Origin: Candidatus Poribacteria bacterium
GTDB taxonomy: Bacteria; Poribacteria; WGA-4E; WGA-3G
Length of the DNA: 64,000 nt
NCBI GenBank assembly: GCA_965205015.1
Contig: OZ242029.1
Span: forward strand, 2,528,001-2,592,000
Direction of reading: 5' to 3'
Shown: piece after piece, positions 40,844 to 49,727 of the stretch
Numbering within the stretch: position 1 is the stretch's first letter
Layout of the letters: every line of letters begins with the position of its first letter
The notes under the pieces: generated by a model
Database searches by the model: none
Seen by the model: the letters and a program-made list of their open reading frames with translations, nothing else
Told to the model about the DNA's origin: nothing
Translations under genes and position numbers: made by a program

Positions 40844-41935
40844 CTAACGAGAAGGTAGGAAACTTTCGGATTCCACTTGCTTGGCTCGCGCGACCGCCCG
40901 CCATCTCCGCCAGAAATTCACGCTGGCACTGAAAAGAAATCCGACCCCAAGAATACCCGCTGTCGCAGCACCCAATATCAATTCAGGCTTTGCCACGATA
41001 CCGTAGATCGCGCCTCCGATGAGCAGGGCGGCGATGAAGGTATCTTTCAGACTGTTCTTTTCTGCCCGTTTTTGGAGGAGACGTAGATTCGCGAGTTTCC
41101 GTTGTTTTACATAGTCAGCGAGCGGTTCTATTGGAACATGCACCGACTCGACTTGTCCGGTTCGTCCCTCGCTCACACACCGAAAACCGATATTCCCGGC
41201 GGCATAGTCTGGCGGGGCATGTAAACGATTGGCACACCGAAAATAGCGTTCCGCTGTGCCGTCACGCACTTCTAACCATGACCCACCACGTAAGGTTTTC
41301 TGTTTATCCTCCACCCCGTGTTTAGGCGGTTTTGAATCAGGATAGGGTTGGTACCAATCGGCGGTCCATTCCCAGACATTTCCTGCGGCGTCGCCGACAC
41401 CGTAAGGGCTGACTGTGGCAGGGCGAACACCTACAGGGGTGAGATGCGCTGTTAGAATCTGTAAAGTTTCTGCTGGTGTTTCTGTAGCGTCAGATTCATC
41501 GGGAACGAAGACATTCCCCCACGGATAAATCCGTCCATCGGGACCGCGACAGGCTTTCTCCCATTCTGCTTCTGTCGGTAGCCGCTTGCCTGCCCAGTGG
41601 GCATACGCGTTACTATCATGCCAATTGACGTGAACAACGGGGAGGTTTGCCTCTTCGGGCGCAAAGTCGCCGTTTTTCCAATGTGGCGGTGGTGGATGGT
41701 TCGTTTCCTTTACAAAAACCGCATACTCGGCGTTGGTCACCGGGTACTGTTCAATCAGATATGCCCCCAGAAAGCGGACGTGCATTGGTGCCTCATCGAG
41801 TTTAGCATGCTCCGAATTGGCTAAGGCAGTCCCGTAGAATGCTTCAATATCGGTGCCCATGATGAACGCGCCCTGTGGAATAAGAATATTTTTAATTATA
41901 CCTTGCGGAGAAACGACGGCAGTTGCGGTTTTCAC
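40844..41935 (-). CDS. FGE-sulfatase (SUMF1) domain protein with C-terminal TM helices
   Basis: PVTNAEY, RLPTEAEWEKA, GNVWEW, RGGSW, GFRC. Confidence 0.88.
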   Translation of the reverse strand: MKTATAVVSPQGIIKNILIPQGAFIMGTDIEAFYGTALANSEHAKLDEAPMHVRFLGAYLIEQYPVTNAEYAVFVKETNHPPPPHWKNGDFAPEEANLPVVHVNWHDSNAYAHWAGKRLPTEAEWEKACRGPDGRIYPWGNVFVPDESDATETPAETLQILTAHLTPVGVRPATVSPYGVGDAAGNVWEWTADWYQPYPDSKPPKHGVEDKQKTLRGGSWLEVRDGTAERYFRCANRLHAPPDYAAGNIGFRCVSEGRTGQVESVHVPIEPLADYVKQRKLANLRLLQKRAEKNSLKDTFIAALLIGGAIYGIVAKPELILGAATAGILGVGFLFSASVNFWRRWRAVARAKQVESESFLPSR

Positions 41936-41978
41936 GTGCGTTTCTTAAACCCGCCCTCCATTACATTACGGGCTAACG
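41890..41978 (-). repeat. Copy C of GTAGC...CCGCAAGG repeat overlapping the FGE gene start
   Basis: TAGCCCGTAATGTAATGGAGGGCGG...CCGCAAGGTATAATTAAAAA on the minus strand. Confidence 0.65.
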
Positions 41979-42004
41979 TTTCTGATGGTTTTTCCATTAG
42001 GTCT

Positions 42005-42787
42005 TCATCCAAAATTCCACGCGTTTGTAGCATACTTGGTTTCCGCCAAGGTTTCAGCCTGTGCACGTTCTGCCAGTGAGAGTTCTCCTGAATTAAACGC
42101 AATTCCGAGCGCAAATGTTTCGCGAATGGCTTGGATAAGCACATCCCTTGTGATAAAACGGCCATCTACATTAATGGCAGTCGATTTTTCGCGGATGCGC
42201 TGTTGAACCTCTGGATTCTTTGAAACGCGATCGAGAATAGAGTCGGGCGGCATATCCAATGAGATGTACCCTTGAAACATTATCCCGCCCCGATTACGTC
42301 TGACAGAAACACCTGCTAACTTCTTGTCGTCAGACATAACGTCATGTTCAGCAGGATTCGTCAAGCAGATATTTGGAGTGGCTTCGGGAGAGTCGGGGGA
42401 AGTGGCATAGCACTGCGCTGGGACACCGAGTTTCTGAAACGCCTTGGCGAGAGAGTGTCCAATGCGTTGATACGCCTCGGAGATGCCCATCCCTGCAACA
42501 GCGCGTGGGAGCACCAGTGTATAGGTCAGTTCCCATCCGTGCACGACAGTCCCACCGCCGGTCATCCGTTTCACCAATTCGATGCTGTCTGCGCGACACG
42601 CCTCTATGTCAACTTCCGAGGCAATATCTTGAAAATAGCCGAAACTGAAAGCTGGAGACGACCACTCATAAAACCGCAATGTCGGGTTCGGTTGCTCTTT
42701 CTGTGCGAGCAGAATTGCCTCGTCAATTGCCATATTCATCGCGGCGGGGTTCGTCCCCATATTTAAGAGTCGTCCGGCTGTTTGCAT
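42005..42787 (-). CDS. Lipoate-protein ligase A/LipM family
   Basis: NMAIDEA, LRFYEW, KRMTGGGTVVH, KKLAG. Confidence 0.88.
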   Translation of the reverse strand: MQTAGRLLNMGTNPAAMNMAIDEAILLAQKEQPNPTLRFYEWSSPAFSFGYFQDIASEVDIEACRADSIELVKRMTGGGTVVHGWELTYTLVLPRAVAGMGISEAYQRIGHSLAKAFQKLGVPAQCYATSPDSPEATPNICLTNPAEHDVMSDDKKLAGVSVRRNRGGIMFQGYISLDMPPDSILDRVSKNPEVQQRIREKSTAINVDGRFITRDVLIQAIRETFALGIAFNSGELSLAERAQAETLAETKYATNAWNFG

Positions 42788-43419
42788 CAAGATAATGCCA
42801 CGCGGCATACCTCAGTCGTATGTGCATCGCAGTACCAGAAATACCCATCCCAGTAGGTCATGCCGTGGGGTTCCGGATGTGGTTCCGGTATCTCGATTTT
42901 GTTCAGATGGCTGCCATCTTCTGGATTGAGATGGAAGATTGCGCGATGGTTCGTCTCAACACACCAGAGATCGTCGCCTATCCATGCGATACCGTGCGGT
43001 CGAATACCGGGTGCTGGCAGCGTGTGGATCACTTTGAACCCGTCTTCGACATCGACCTGATAGATGGTGGCAGAGGGGGGTACTGCTATCCAGAGTTTAT
43101 TGTCGCGCCATTCTAAGCCGTGTGCGCCTGTCTGCTCTGCGCCGGGTGTCTCGTAAGAAGCGAGCGTTTTGCCGCTTTCTGGATCGGTTGCAAGGATTTC
43201 GCAACTGTAGGTTGAGGCGAGCCAGAGCGTGTCGCCTGTATCCGTGATACCGCTCCCTCTATCGGAGCCGGTGGCGAGCGTCTTTTTCACATCGCCGTCA
43301 TAGGAGACGAGATGCACTTCGTTGGTCTGTTGATCGAGGATCCAGAGTCCGTCTTCGGTGGCTTGCATTCCGTTGGGTTGTGGACCTGGGGTGTTAAAAA
43401 CTTTTTCGATTGCGGGCAT
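42787..43419 (-). CDS. Beta-propeller protein (glutamine cyclotransferase/Vgb-like)
   Basis: Repeated P(H/N)G(M/I/L)xWxxxxLW blades. Confidence 0.65.
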   Translation of the reverse strand: MPAIEKVFNTPGPQPNGMQATEDGLWILDQQTNEVHLVSYDGDVKKTLATGSDRGSGITDTGDTLWLASTYSCEILATDPESGKTLASYETPGAEQTGAHGLEWRDNKLWIAVPPSATIYQVDVEDGFKVIHTLPAPGIRPHGIAWIGDDLWCVETNHRAIFHLNPEDGSHLNKIEIPEPHPEPHGMTYWDGYFWYCDAHTTEVCRVALS

Positions 43420-43691
43420 GAGAAACCTCCGCAGAAAAATATCTTATTGAGGCTTTATTTTATGAGGTTTTGGAAAGGATGTCAAGGATTTTTTTGGACG
43501 GCTCACTATGAGTGCGTAGGAGCGCAATTCGTTGTGCCTCTTACATTCGCTTTCATAATGACGCTGAAAAAAAGGTTGTCCTTGAGGGGGATCGCGTGTA
43601 TAATAATAAGGAGCGTGTCTGAGCGTTTTGAAAAAAGTGGGTGTGTGGTGCGATGTTTCCACAGGCACTGCATTTAACAAGGAGAATCGGG

Positions 43692-44546
43692 ATGGCGATG
43701 TATAAAAAGGGGGCGCACCTGAGTTCTGCCCCGACCCAAGAAAGTAGCCTTTACCCAGAAACGGATGGAAAACCGATGGCGGCGAGTGATGATCATAGAC
43801 GTGTCCTAATGCGGGTCTTACGGGTTCTTGAAGCGTTTTTTAGGGAGACTCCGGATGTGTATGTTTCTGGGGATCTCATGATGTATTATGTTCAGGGGGA
43901 TCCACGGAAAGTTGTGTCCCCGGATGTGCTGGTCTCTTTCGGGATAGGTCAGAAGGCGCGACGGACGTATCAGGTCTGGGTGGAGGGCAAACCGCCAGAT
44001 TTTGTGCTGGAGTTGTCAAGTAAAAGCACGTACCAAAAAGACTTGCGGGAGAAGAAGGAACTTTATGCGGGTCTGGGGATTACGGACTACTTCTTATGCG
44101 ATATAGAGGGTCTGTATTTACCGGAGCCTCTGATGGGGTGGACGTTAGTTGATGGGAGTTATCAAGCGATTACGCCGTTGAACGGGGGAGGGTTTGCTTC
44201 TTCGGTGCTTGGGTTAGAGGTGCACCTACTTCCTGGGGATTTACAGTTTTATGACCCGGCCACAGAGCGGTGGCTTCAGACTCCTGAAGAGGCAGCCGAA
44301 GCCCATGCTGCGCAGGAGGGTCTTGCCCGCCAGCAAGCGGAAACCCGTGCGGCGGCAGAAGCGGAGCGTGCTGCGCAGGAGGGTCTTGCCCGCCAGCAAG
44401 CGGAAACCCGTGCGGCGGCGGAAGCGGAACGTGCTGCGCAGGAGGGTCTTGCCCGCCAGCAAGCGGAAACCCGTGCGGCGGCGGCGGAAGCGGAAGCCGC
44501 AGACCTGCGCTCCGAACTGGCACGTTTGCGGGGCAACCTCCCATAG
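43692..44546 (+). CDS. Uma2 family endonuclease with coiled-coil tandem repeats
   Basis: YPETDGKPM, VSPDV, PDFVLELSS, K...YA..GI.DY. Confidence 0.9.
   Translation: MAMYKKGAHLSSAPTQESSLYPETDGKPMAASDDHRRVLMRVLRVLEAFFRETPDVYVSGDLMMYYVQGDPRKVVSPDVLVSFGIGQKARRTYQVWVEGKPPDFVLELSSKSTYQKDLREKKELYAGLGITDYFLCDIEGLYLPEPLMGWTLVDGSYQAITPLNGGGFASSVLGLEVHLLPGDLQFYDPATERWLQTPEEAAEAHAAQEGLARQQAETRAAAEAERAAQEGLARQQAETRAAAEAERAAQEGLARQQAETRAAAAEAEAADLRSELARLRGNLP
44307..44495 (+). repeat. Three 63-bp tandem repeats (AAQEGLARQQAETRAAAEAER)
   Basis: Units start at 44307, 44370, 44433. Confidence 0.95.
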
Positions 44547-44631
44547 ATTTCCCCGCAGCCTTCGGAAACCTCTGTCTTTTGCCACGACCTTCTCACCGTG
44601 TCCCCTCACCACAAGGCGATAAATCGCCTTA

Positions 44632-44940
44632 CTACGAACCTGAACCTGTCCAATCCCATCCCTTTCCATAATCCCGCACCGGATATGTTCGCCAGAGATC
44701 CCGCAGCCATTCAATCCCAAAATGTTTTTCATACCAATGTAAACTTGAGCATGTCGAATCTTTCGGTTTTTGCACGTAGTTATGCTTTGTCGGATTGTAG
44801 TGGATATAGTTCAAGGTTGTATAGTAATGTCTTTCGCTGCGAATCTGTCGATCACTGAAACGATACCAAACTTGCCGTCCAGATAGCGCTTCGCGACGAT
44901 TTAACTCACGTGCTGTAGGGGCATGAACGCGGCGCCAGGG
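44632..44940 (-). pseudogene. REP-associated tyrosine transposase (RAYT) C-terminal remnant
   Basis: RQVWYRFSDRQIRSERHYYTTLNYIHYNPTKH; N-terminal HUH half absent; GTAG REP at its 3' end. Confidence 0.75.
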
Positions 44941-44989
44941 ATACTGCTTTTGAAAAATACACGTATTTCCGAGGTATATCTGTTTATGA

Positions 44990-45081
44990 ATTAATGCTAT
45001 GATATGCGTTTTTATGCTATAATTGTGGTATATTGTGCATAATTATGCGTTTTTATGCTATAATTGTGGTATATTGTGCAT
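44990..45081 (+). promoter_or_regulatory. AT-rich tandem array with extended -10 boxes upstream of mod1
   Basis: TATGCTATAATTGTGGTATATT at 45013 and 45054. Confidence 0.6.
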
Positions 45082-45128
45082 GTTTTTGATATATTTCGCA
45101 ATAATATAAGATTTTTTTAGGAATCCCT

Positions 45129-46826
45129 ATGCCCTCACTCGATTTCAAAGGTAAACAGTTCATTTATGGACATCACCTCACCGTTCCCATCAGTACTATA
45201 GAGATAGATGCAGATAAATCCTTTACTGGCGAAAACGATCCATCCCTAAATGACAACCTGATTATCCACGGCGACAACCTACATGTGTTGAAGGCGCTGC
45301 TCCCCAAATACGCTGGCAAAATCAAGTGTATCTATATTGATCCTCCCTATAACACTGGCAACGAAAAATGGGTCTATAACGACAATGTTAACAATCCGCT
45401 GATGCAAGCGTGGTTGGAGAAACACAGTCCGGTTGATAATGAAGACTTGGAACGTCACGATAAGTGGCTGTGTATGATGTGGCCCCGACTCCATTTATTG
45501 CATGAATTACTGTCCGATGATGGCGTTATTTTTATCTCAATTGATGATAATGAAGTACACAATTTACATTTGCTGATGGATGAGATTTTCGATGGGCTGA
45601 ATTTTATTGCCTGTTTGCCGACTGTTATGAATCTTAAAGGTAACAATGATGAATTTGGATTTGCCGGAACCCATGAATATACTTTCTGCTGGGCGAAGGA
45701 CAAGCAACTTGCCCAAGTTGGCGAGTTTGAATTGGATGAGGAAGAACTAACAGCGTGGTTGGAAGATGATTATGGATATTACAAAAAAGGAGCTAATCTG
45801 AAATCTACTGGCGTGAACGCTCCGAGAGCTAAGAGACCTAATTTGTACTATCCAATATATGTCAATCAGAATAATGAATTGATAGTGACTGAAGATTTAT
45901 CTAAGAATAAGAATTATGAAAAATTATTCCCGATTACAGGTGGAGAAGAGATGAGTTGGCGGTGGAGTAAAGAAAAGGTATCAGCTGAATCTCACAATAT
46001 TATAGTGGAGCGGACGAAATCTGGAATCAGTTTGTTAAAGAAACAGAGGCCTGGTCTCGGTGACTTACCAACTAAAAAGCCGAAGTCTTTGTTTTATAAG
46101 CCTGAATACAGCAGTGGTAATGGAACCGCCGTATTGAAGCAAATATTTGGAAACAGGGAAGTTTTTAATAACCCGAAGCCAGTTCAGCTGCTGAAGGATT
46201 TGATTGGTCTCACTATCAAACAGGACGACATCGTTCTTGACTCCTTCGCTGGCTCAGGTACCACCGCCCACGCTGTCCTCGCACTCAACAAAGAGGATGG
46301 CGGTAATCGAAAATTTATCCTCGTTGAATGCCAAGATTACGCGGACACGGTCACCGCTGAACGCGTCCGCCGTGTTATCAACGGCGTTGAAAATGCCAAA
46401 GATGAGACACTTCAGAACGGCTTAGGTGGCTCCTTCACCTACTGCACCCTCGGTGAACCTATTGACGAGGAAGGCATGCTCACTGGCGAAAATCTTCCGA
46501 CCTACGAGGCTTTAGCGGACTATATCGCCTATACTGCCACCGGGAGTGCGTTGACTTCCATGGCAAAGCCGGAAGATTATTACTTCGGCGAAACTAACAA
46601 CATCCGTTTCTATCTCATCTATGAACCGACGTTAGAATTTTTAGAAAGTGATAAATCTGCGTTAGATGGGGCGCGTGCAGAGCAGATCGCCAAGGTGTGC
46701 AAGGAGACGGGTAAAAAGGCTTACGTCTATGCGCCTCAAAAATTCATCAGCCAGAAAGAGTTAACCGACATAGGGATCACCTTTTGCCAGCTGCCCTACA
46801 ACATCCATCGCATTGCAGATGCGTAG
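45129..46826 (+). CDS. mod: Type III R-M methyltransferase (Mod), copy 1
   Basis: LIIHGDNL, IYIDPPYNTG, VLDSFAGSGTT in beta-class order; res downstream. Confidence 0.92.
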   Translation: MPSLDFKGKQFIYGHHLTVPISTIEIDADKSFTGENDPSLNDNLIIHGDNLHVLKALLPKYAGKIKCIYIDPPYNTGNEKWVYNDNVNNPLMQAWLEKHSPVDNEDLERHDKWLCMMWPRLHLLHELLSDDGVIFISIDDNEVHNLHLLMDEIFDGLNFIACLPTVMNLKGNNDEFGFAGTHEYTFCWAKDKQLAQVGEFELDEEELTAWLEDDYGYYKKGANLKSTGVNAPRAKRPNLYYPIYVNQNNELIVTEDLSKNKNYEKLFPITGGEEMSWRWSKEKVSAESHNIIVERTKSGISLLKKQRPGLGDLPTKKPKSLFYKPEYSSGNGTAVLKQIFGNREVFNNPKPVQLLKDLIGLTIKQDDIVLDSFAGSGTTAHAVLALNKEDGGNRKFILVECQDYADTVTAERVRRVINGVENAKDETLQNGLGGSFTYCTLGEPIDEEGMLTGENLPTYEALADYIAYTATGSALTSMAKPEDYYFGETNNIRFYLIYEPTLEFLESDKSALDGARAEQIAKVCKETGKKAYVYAPQKFISQKELTDIGITFCQLPYNIHRIADA

Positions 46827-46933
46827 TGAACGGTTTGTGTTGTTCATATGTCATCCAATAGGATGAAGGCTGGTGGATTGGTGACGTTTTCATACAATTC
46901 TGCGATGAGTCACCGCGAAAATGAAGGAGAACT

Positions 46934-47395
46934 ATGGAAGAAAAAGTTTCGCAAAAAGTGTTCATTGTCCATGGGCATGACGAGGCAACCAAGTCCGCTG
47001 TTGCAAGGTTCGTAGAAAGACTTGATTTAGAGGCAGTCGTGCTTGCTGAACAGCCCAGTGAGGGTTTGACGATTATTGAAAAGTTTGAAAAATACGCTAC
47101 AAGTGCCGACTTTGCGATTGTCCTGATAACTCCCGACGATGTTGGTGCCTCTATTCAAAAGAAGAGCGATCTCAAACTCAGAGCACGGCAGAACGTTATC
47201 TTTGAACTTGGGTATTTCTTCCATGCGTTAGGGCGTAAAGGCGTTTGTGCTCTCTACAAAGAAGGCGTTGAGCTCCCTTCGGATATTTACGGTGTTGTTT
47301 ATGTCCTTATTGATGAGTTTGATGCATGGCAACTGACACTGGCGAGAGAAATGAGGCAGGCGGGACTATTTTTCGATGCAAACAAACTTTTATAG
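46934..47395 (+). CDS. Stand-alone TIR-like nucleotide-binding protein (CAP12/Pycsar-type TIR)
   Basis: VFIVHGHD, TIIEKFE, LITPDD, RARQNVIFELG, ELPSD. Confidence 0.9.
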   Translation: MEEKVSQKVFIVHGHDEATKSAVARFVERLDLEAVVLAEQPSEGLTIIEKFEKYATSADFAIVLITPDDVGASIQKKSDLKLRARQNVIFELGYFFHALGRKGVCALYKEGVELPSDIYGVVYVLIDEFDAWQLTLAREMRQAGLFFDANKLL

Positions 47396-47557
47396 AACAT
47401 GGAATGTGAAACTCTTGGTAGGATTCTTGTAAGATTGTCCTTCCAAAATTGGGTTTGACGCTACCAACGGATTAATGTTATCATCAATATAGGGTTCTCA
47501 TCTTATACGAGCGGAGGTCTCTCCGCACTGTATCGGCATAAGAATGGAGGAAAAATC

Positions 47558-48016
47558 ATGAACACGAAAAATCGGCGGAACGTTTTTATCTCCCATGGAC
47601 ATGACGAGGAAGCTATAACAACTGTTGCTAAGTTCGTAGAGACATTAGGTGTAAAGGTAACCGTTCTTGACGAACAACCTAAGAAAGGACAAACAATCAT
47701 TGATAGGTTTGAGGAACAGGTAGATGAGGCGGGCTTCGCAATCGTCCTATTGACTCCCGACGATGTTGGTTCCTCAAAAGCCACAGGAAAACGCAAGCCC
47801 AGAGCCCGTCAAAATGTTATCTTTGAACTTGGTTATCTCCTGGGGGGTTTGGGCAGTGAAAGAGTGTGTGCCCTCTATAAAGAAGGCGTTGAGTTACCAT
47901 CCGATATTCGTGATGTAGCCTATATACCCATGGATAGTGCCGATGATTGGAAACTAAAACTCAGTCAGGGCATGCGAAAAGCGGGACTGCCTATTGATAT
48001 GAACTGGGGCAGTTGA
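47558..48016 (+). CDS. Stand-alone TIR-like nucleotide-binding protein, paralogue 2
   Basis: VFISHGHD, LLTPDD, RARQNVIFELG, ELPSD; candidate promoter TTGACG-18-TATCAT at 47455-47484. Confidence 0.9.
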   Translation: MNTKNRRNVFISHGHDEEAITTVAKFVETLGVKVTVLDEQPKKGQTIIDRFEEQVDEAGFAIVLLTPDDVGSSKATGKRKPRARQNVIFELGYLLGGLGSERVCALYKEGVELPSDIRDVAYIPMDSADDWKLKLSQGMRKAGLPIDMNWGS

Positions 48017-48050
48017 AGAAATAGACCCATGGTGAAATAGAGGAGGAACT

Positions 48051-48132
48051 ATGGAAGAGAAAACATTACCAAAGTTTCTTGTGAGCAGAGAAGAAAATAT
48101 AAGAACGAATTAATAAAGGTCAACAACTCCAT
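48051..48132 (+). pseudogene. 5' remnant of a fourth TIR-associated gene
   Basis: MEEKTLPKFLVSREE then frameshifted ERINKGQQ, matching the N-terminus of 48778-49647; GAGGAGG RBS. Confidence 0.6.
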
Positions 48133-48154
48133 TGCTTGATTGCACCATTGGTTT

Positions 48155-48343
48155 GTAGTCGCGCAATTCATTGCGCATAGAAGCAGGCGATAAATCGCCT
48201 TACTACGAAACTGTATCCCAACATTCACCTTGTCCCCTCACCACAAGGCGATAAATCGCCTTACTACGAACCTGAACCTGTCCAATCCCATCCCTTTCCA
48301 TAATCCCGCACCGGATATGTTCGCCAGAGATCCCGCAGCCATT
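48155..48343. repeat. REP doublet plus 113-bp duplicate of the RAYT 3' end/REP
   Basis: GTAGTCGCGCAATTCATTGCGC and GGCGATAAATCGCCTTACTAC; 48231-48343 matches 44599-44711. Confidence 0.8.
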
Positions 48344-48459
48344 AGGGTAAAGTCCAAAAACATGTGAACACAATTCGGACCTGATACTTCACCGCCGCTG
48401 GCGAGGTTTCCTAACCTCGCCGACTCCTAAGTGTCCATTTAATTGTAGGCTTTACTATA
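48343..48459. mobile_element. IS630-type MITE carrying a REP hairpin
   Basis: TA-flanked ends resemble the IS630 TIRs at 51752/52663; REP at 48398-48421. Confidence 0.65.
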
Positions 48460-48580
48460 AACCTAAAGAAACTATCCTTATAAAAATCGGCTAATGTTCT
48501 CGCTTAGCATAGTTTGGCTGTACTTCGTTAATGAACTTTGTTGACCCATTACCTTCGGTCGCTAATTCTTTCATTGATCC

Positions 48581-48690
48581 ATTAATGCTATGATATGCGT
48601 TTTTATGCTATAATTGTGGTATATTATGCGTAATTATGCAATTTATGCTATAATTGTGGTATATTATGCGTAATTATGCTATAATATGAT
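48581..48690 (+). promoter_or_regulatory. Second AT-rich tandem extended -10 array
   Basis: 48581-48625 matches 44990-45034; motif repeats at 48604, 48644 and partially 48675. Confidence 0.6.
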
Positions 48691-48777
48691 GTATTATGAT
48701 GTAATGTTATGTTCTAATTTCATATTAACAGGGATGTTTTTGAAGTGCCGCGTCGCCACAAAAATGGAGGGAAGATT

Positions 48778-49647
48778 ATGGATGGGAAAAATCGGCGGAA
48801 AGTATTTATGGAAGAGGAAATTCTACCAAAGTTACCAAAACTACACGAAAGTAAAGAAGTAGCACGTCAGAAAATACAAGAGCGAATTTATAAGGGGCAG
48901 CAATTCCGCGACCGACAGATAGATACAAAGGATGAATTGGAAAATGCCGTAGAAAAATGTGAAAGATGGTCAGCATATAACGAATGCCTCTTATCTAACC
49001 TATTTGATAAAATGCCAAGAAGGGGTTATTATTCTGGCTTCTCTGGTCGGGGTATTACTTACTTTGGCACTGGTCTCGGATTGCCTGTGCGTGAACCTGC
49101 TTTTTCACAGAAATTGGACAAATATCGGAAATCTATGAAATCCAGCATTGTTAGTTTGGAAGGGATCCTTGACCTACTTGAGCTATGTAGCGAACCATTA
49201 GACATCGCCCTGCGCACTTCGGGTAACACTGAGCCCTACGTTTTTATCGGACATGGGCGTTCACAGAATTGGCGAGAGCTCAAAGATTTTATAAGCGATG
49301 AACTGAAACTGCCTTGGGATGAATTCAACCGAGTTCCAGTTGCTGGTGTAACCAATATTGCACGCCTTGATGAAATGTTGGGGCAGGCGTGTATGGCATT
49401 CCTTGTGATGACAGCTGAGGATGAACAAGCTGATGGCAAATTACGCGCCCGTGAAAATGTGGTTCATGAAGCTGGTCTGTTTCAAGGTAGACTTGGTTTT
49501 GAAAGGGCAATTGTTTTACTTGAAGAGGGCTGTCAGGAATTTAGCAACATTCAGGGGCTTGGTCAGATTCGCTTTCCTAAAGGGAATATAAAGGCAGCCT
49601 TTGAGGAAATTCGTCAAGTCTTAGACCGGGAAGGAATAATCCGATAA
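48778..49647 (+). CDS. TIR-like nucleotide-binding protein with helical N-terminal domain
   Basis: VFIGHGRS, MTAED, RARENVVHEAGLFQG, FSNIQGL. Confidence 0.88.
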   Translation: MDGKNRRKVFMEEEILPKLPKLHESKEVARQKIQERIYKGQQFRDRQIDTKDELENAVEKCERWSAYNECLLSNLFDKMPRRGYYSGFSGRGITYFGTGLGLPVREPAFSQKLDKYRKSMKSSIVSLEGILDLLELCSEPLDIALRTSGNTEPYVFIGHGRSQNWRELKDFISDELKLPWDEFNRVPVAGVTNIARLDEMLGQACMAFLVMTAEDEQADGKLRARENVVHEAGLFQGRLGFERAIVLLEEGCQEFSNIQGLGQIRFPKGNIKAAFEEIRQVLDREGIIR

Positions 49648-49727
49648 CTCAATAGAGGTTTCCCAATTTAAACCGCGCAATAATTTCCTTGATACATTAA
49701 GTCTATATTTTTCTTAAGGATTCCTTA

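Noticed and set aside
44990-45081. AT-rich repeats as a mini-CRISPR
   Set aside because: The intervening sequences are themselves repeated and too short to be spacers.
46934-49647. Assignment to Thoeris, CBASS or Pycsar
   Set aside because: No ThsA, cyclase or cyclic-nucleotide sensor domain is visible in the window.
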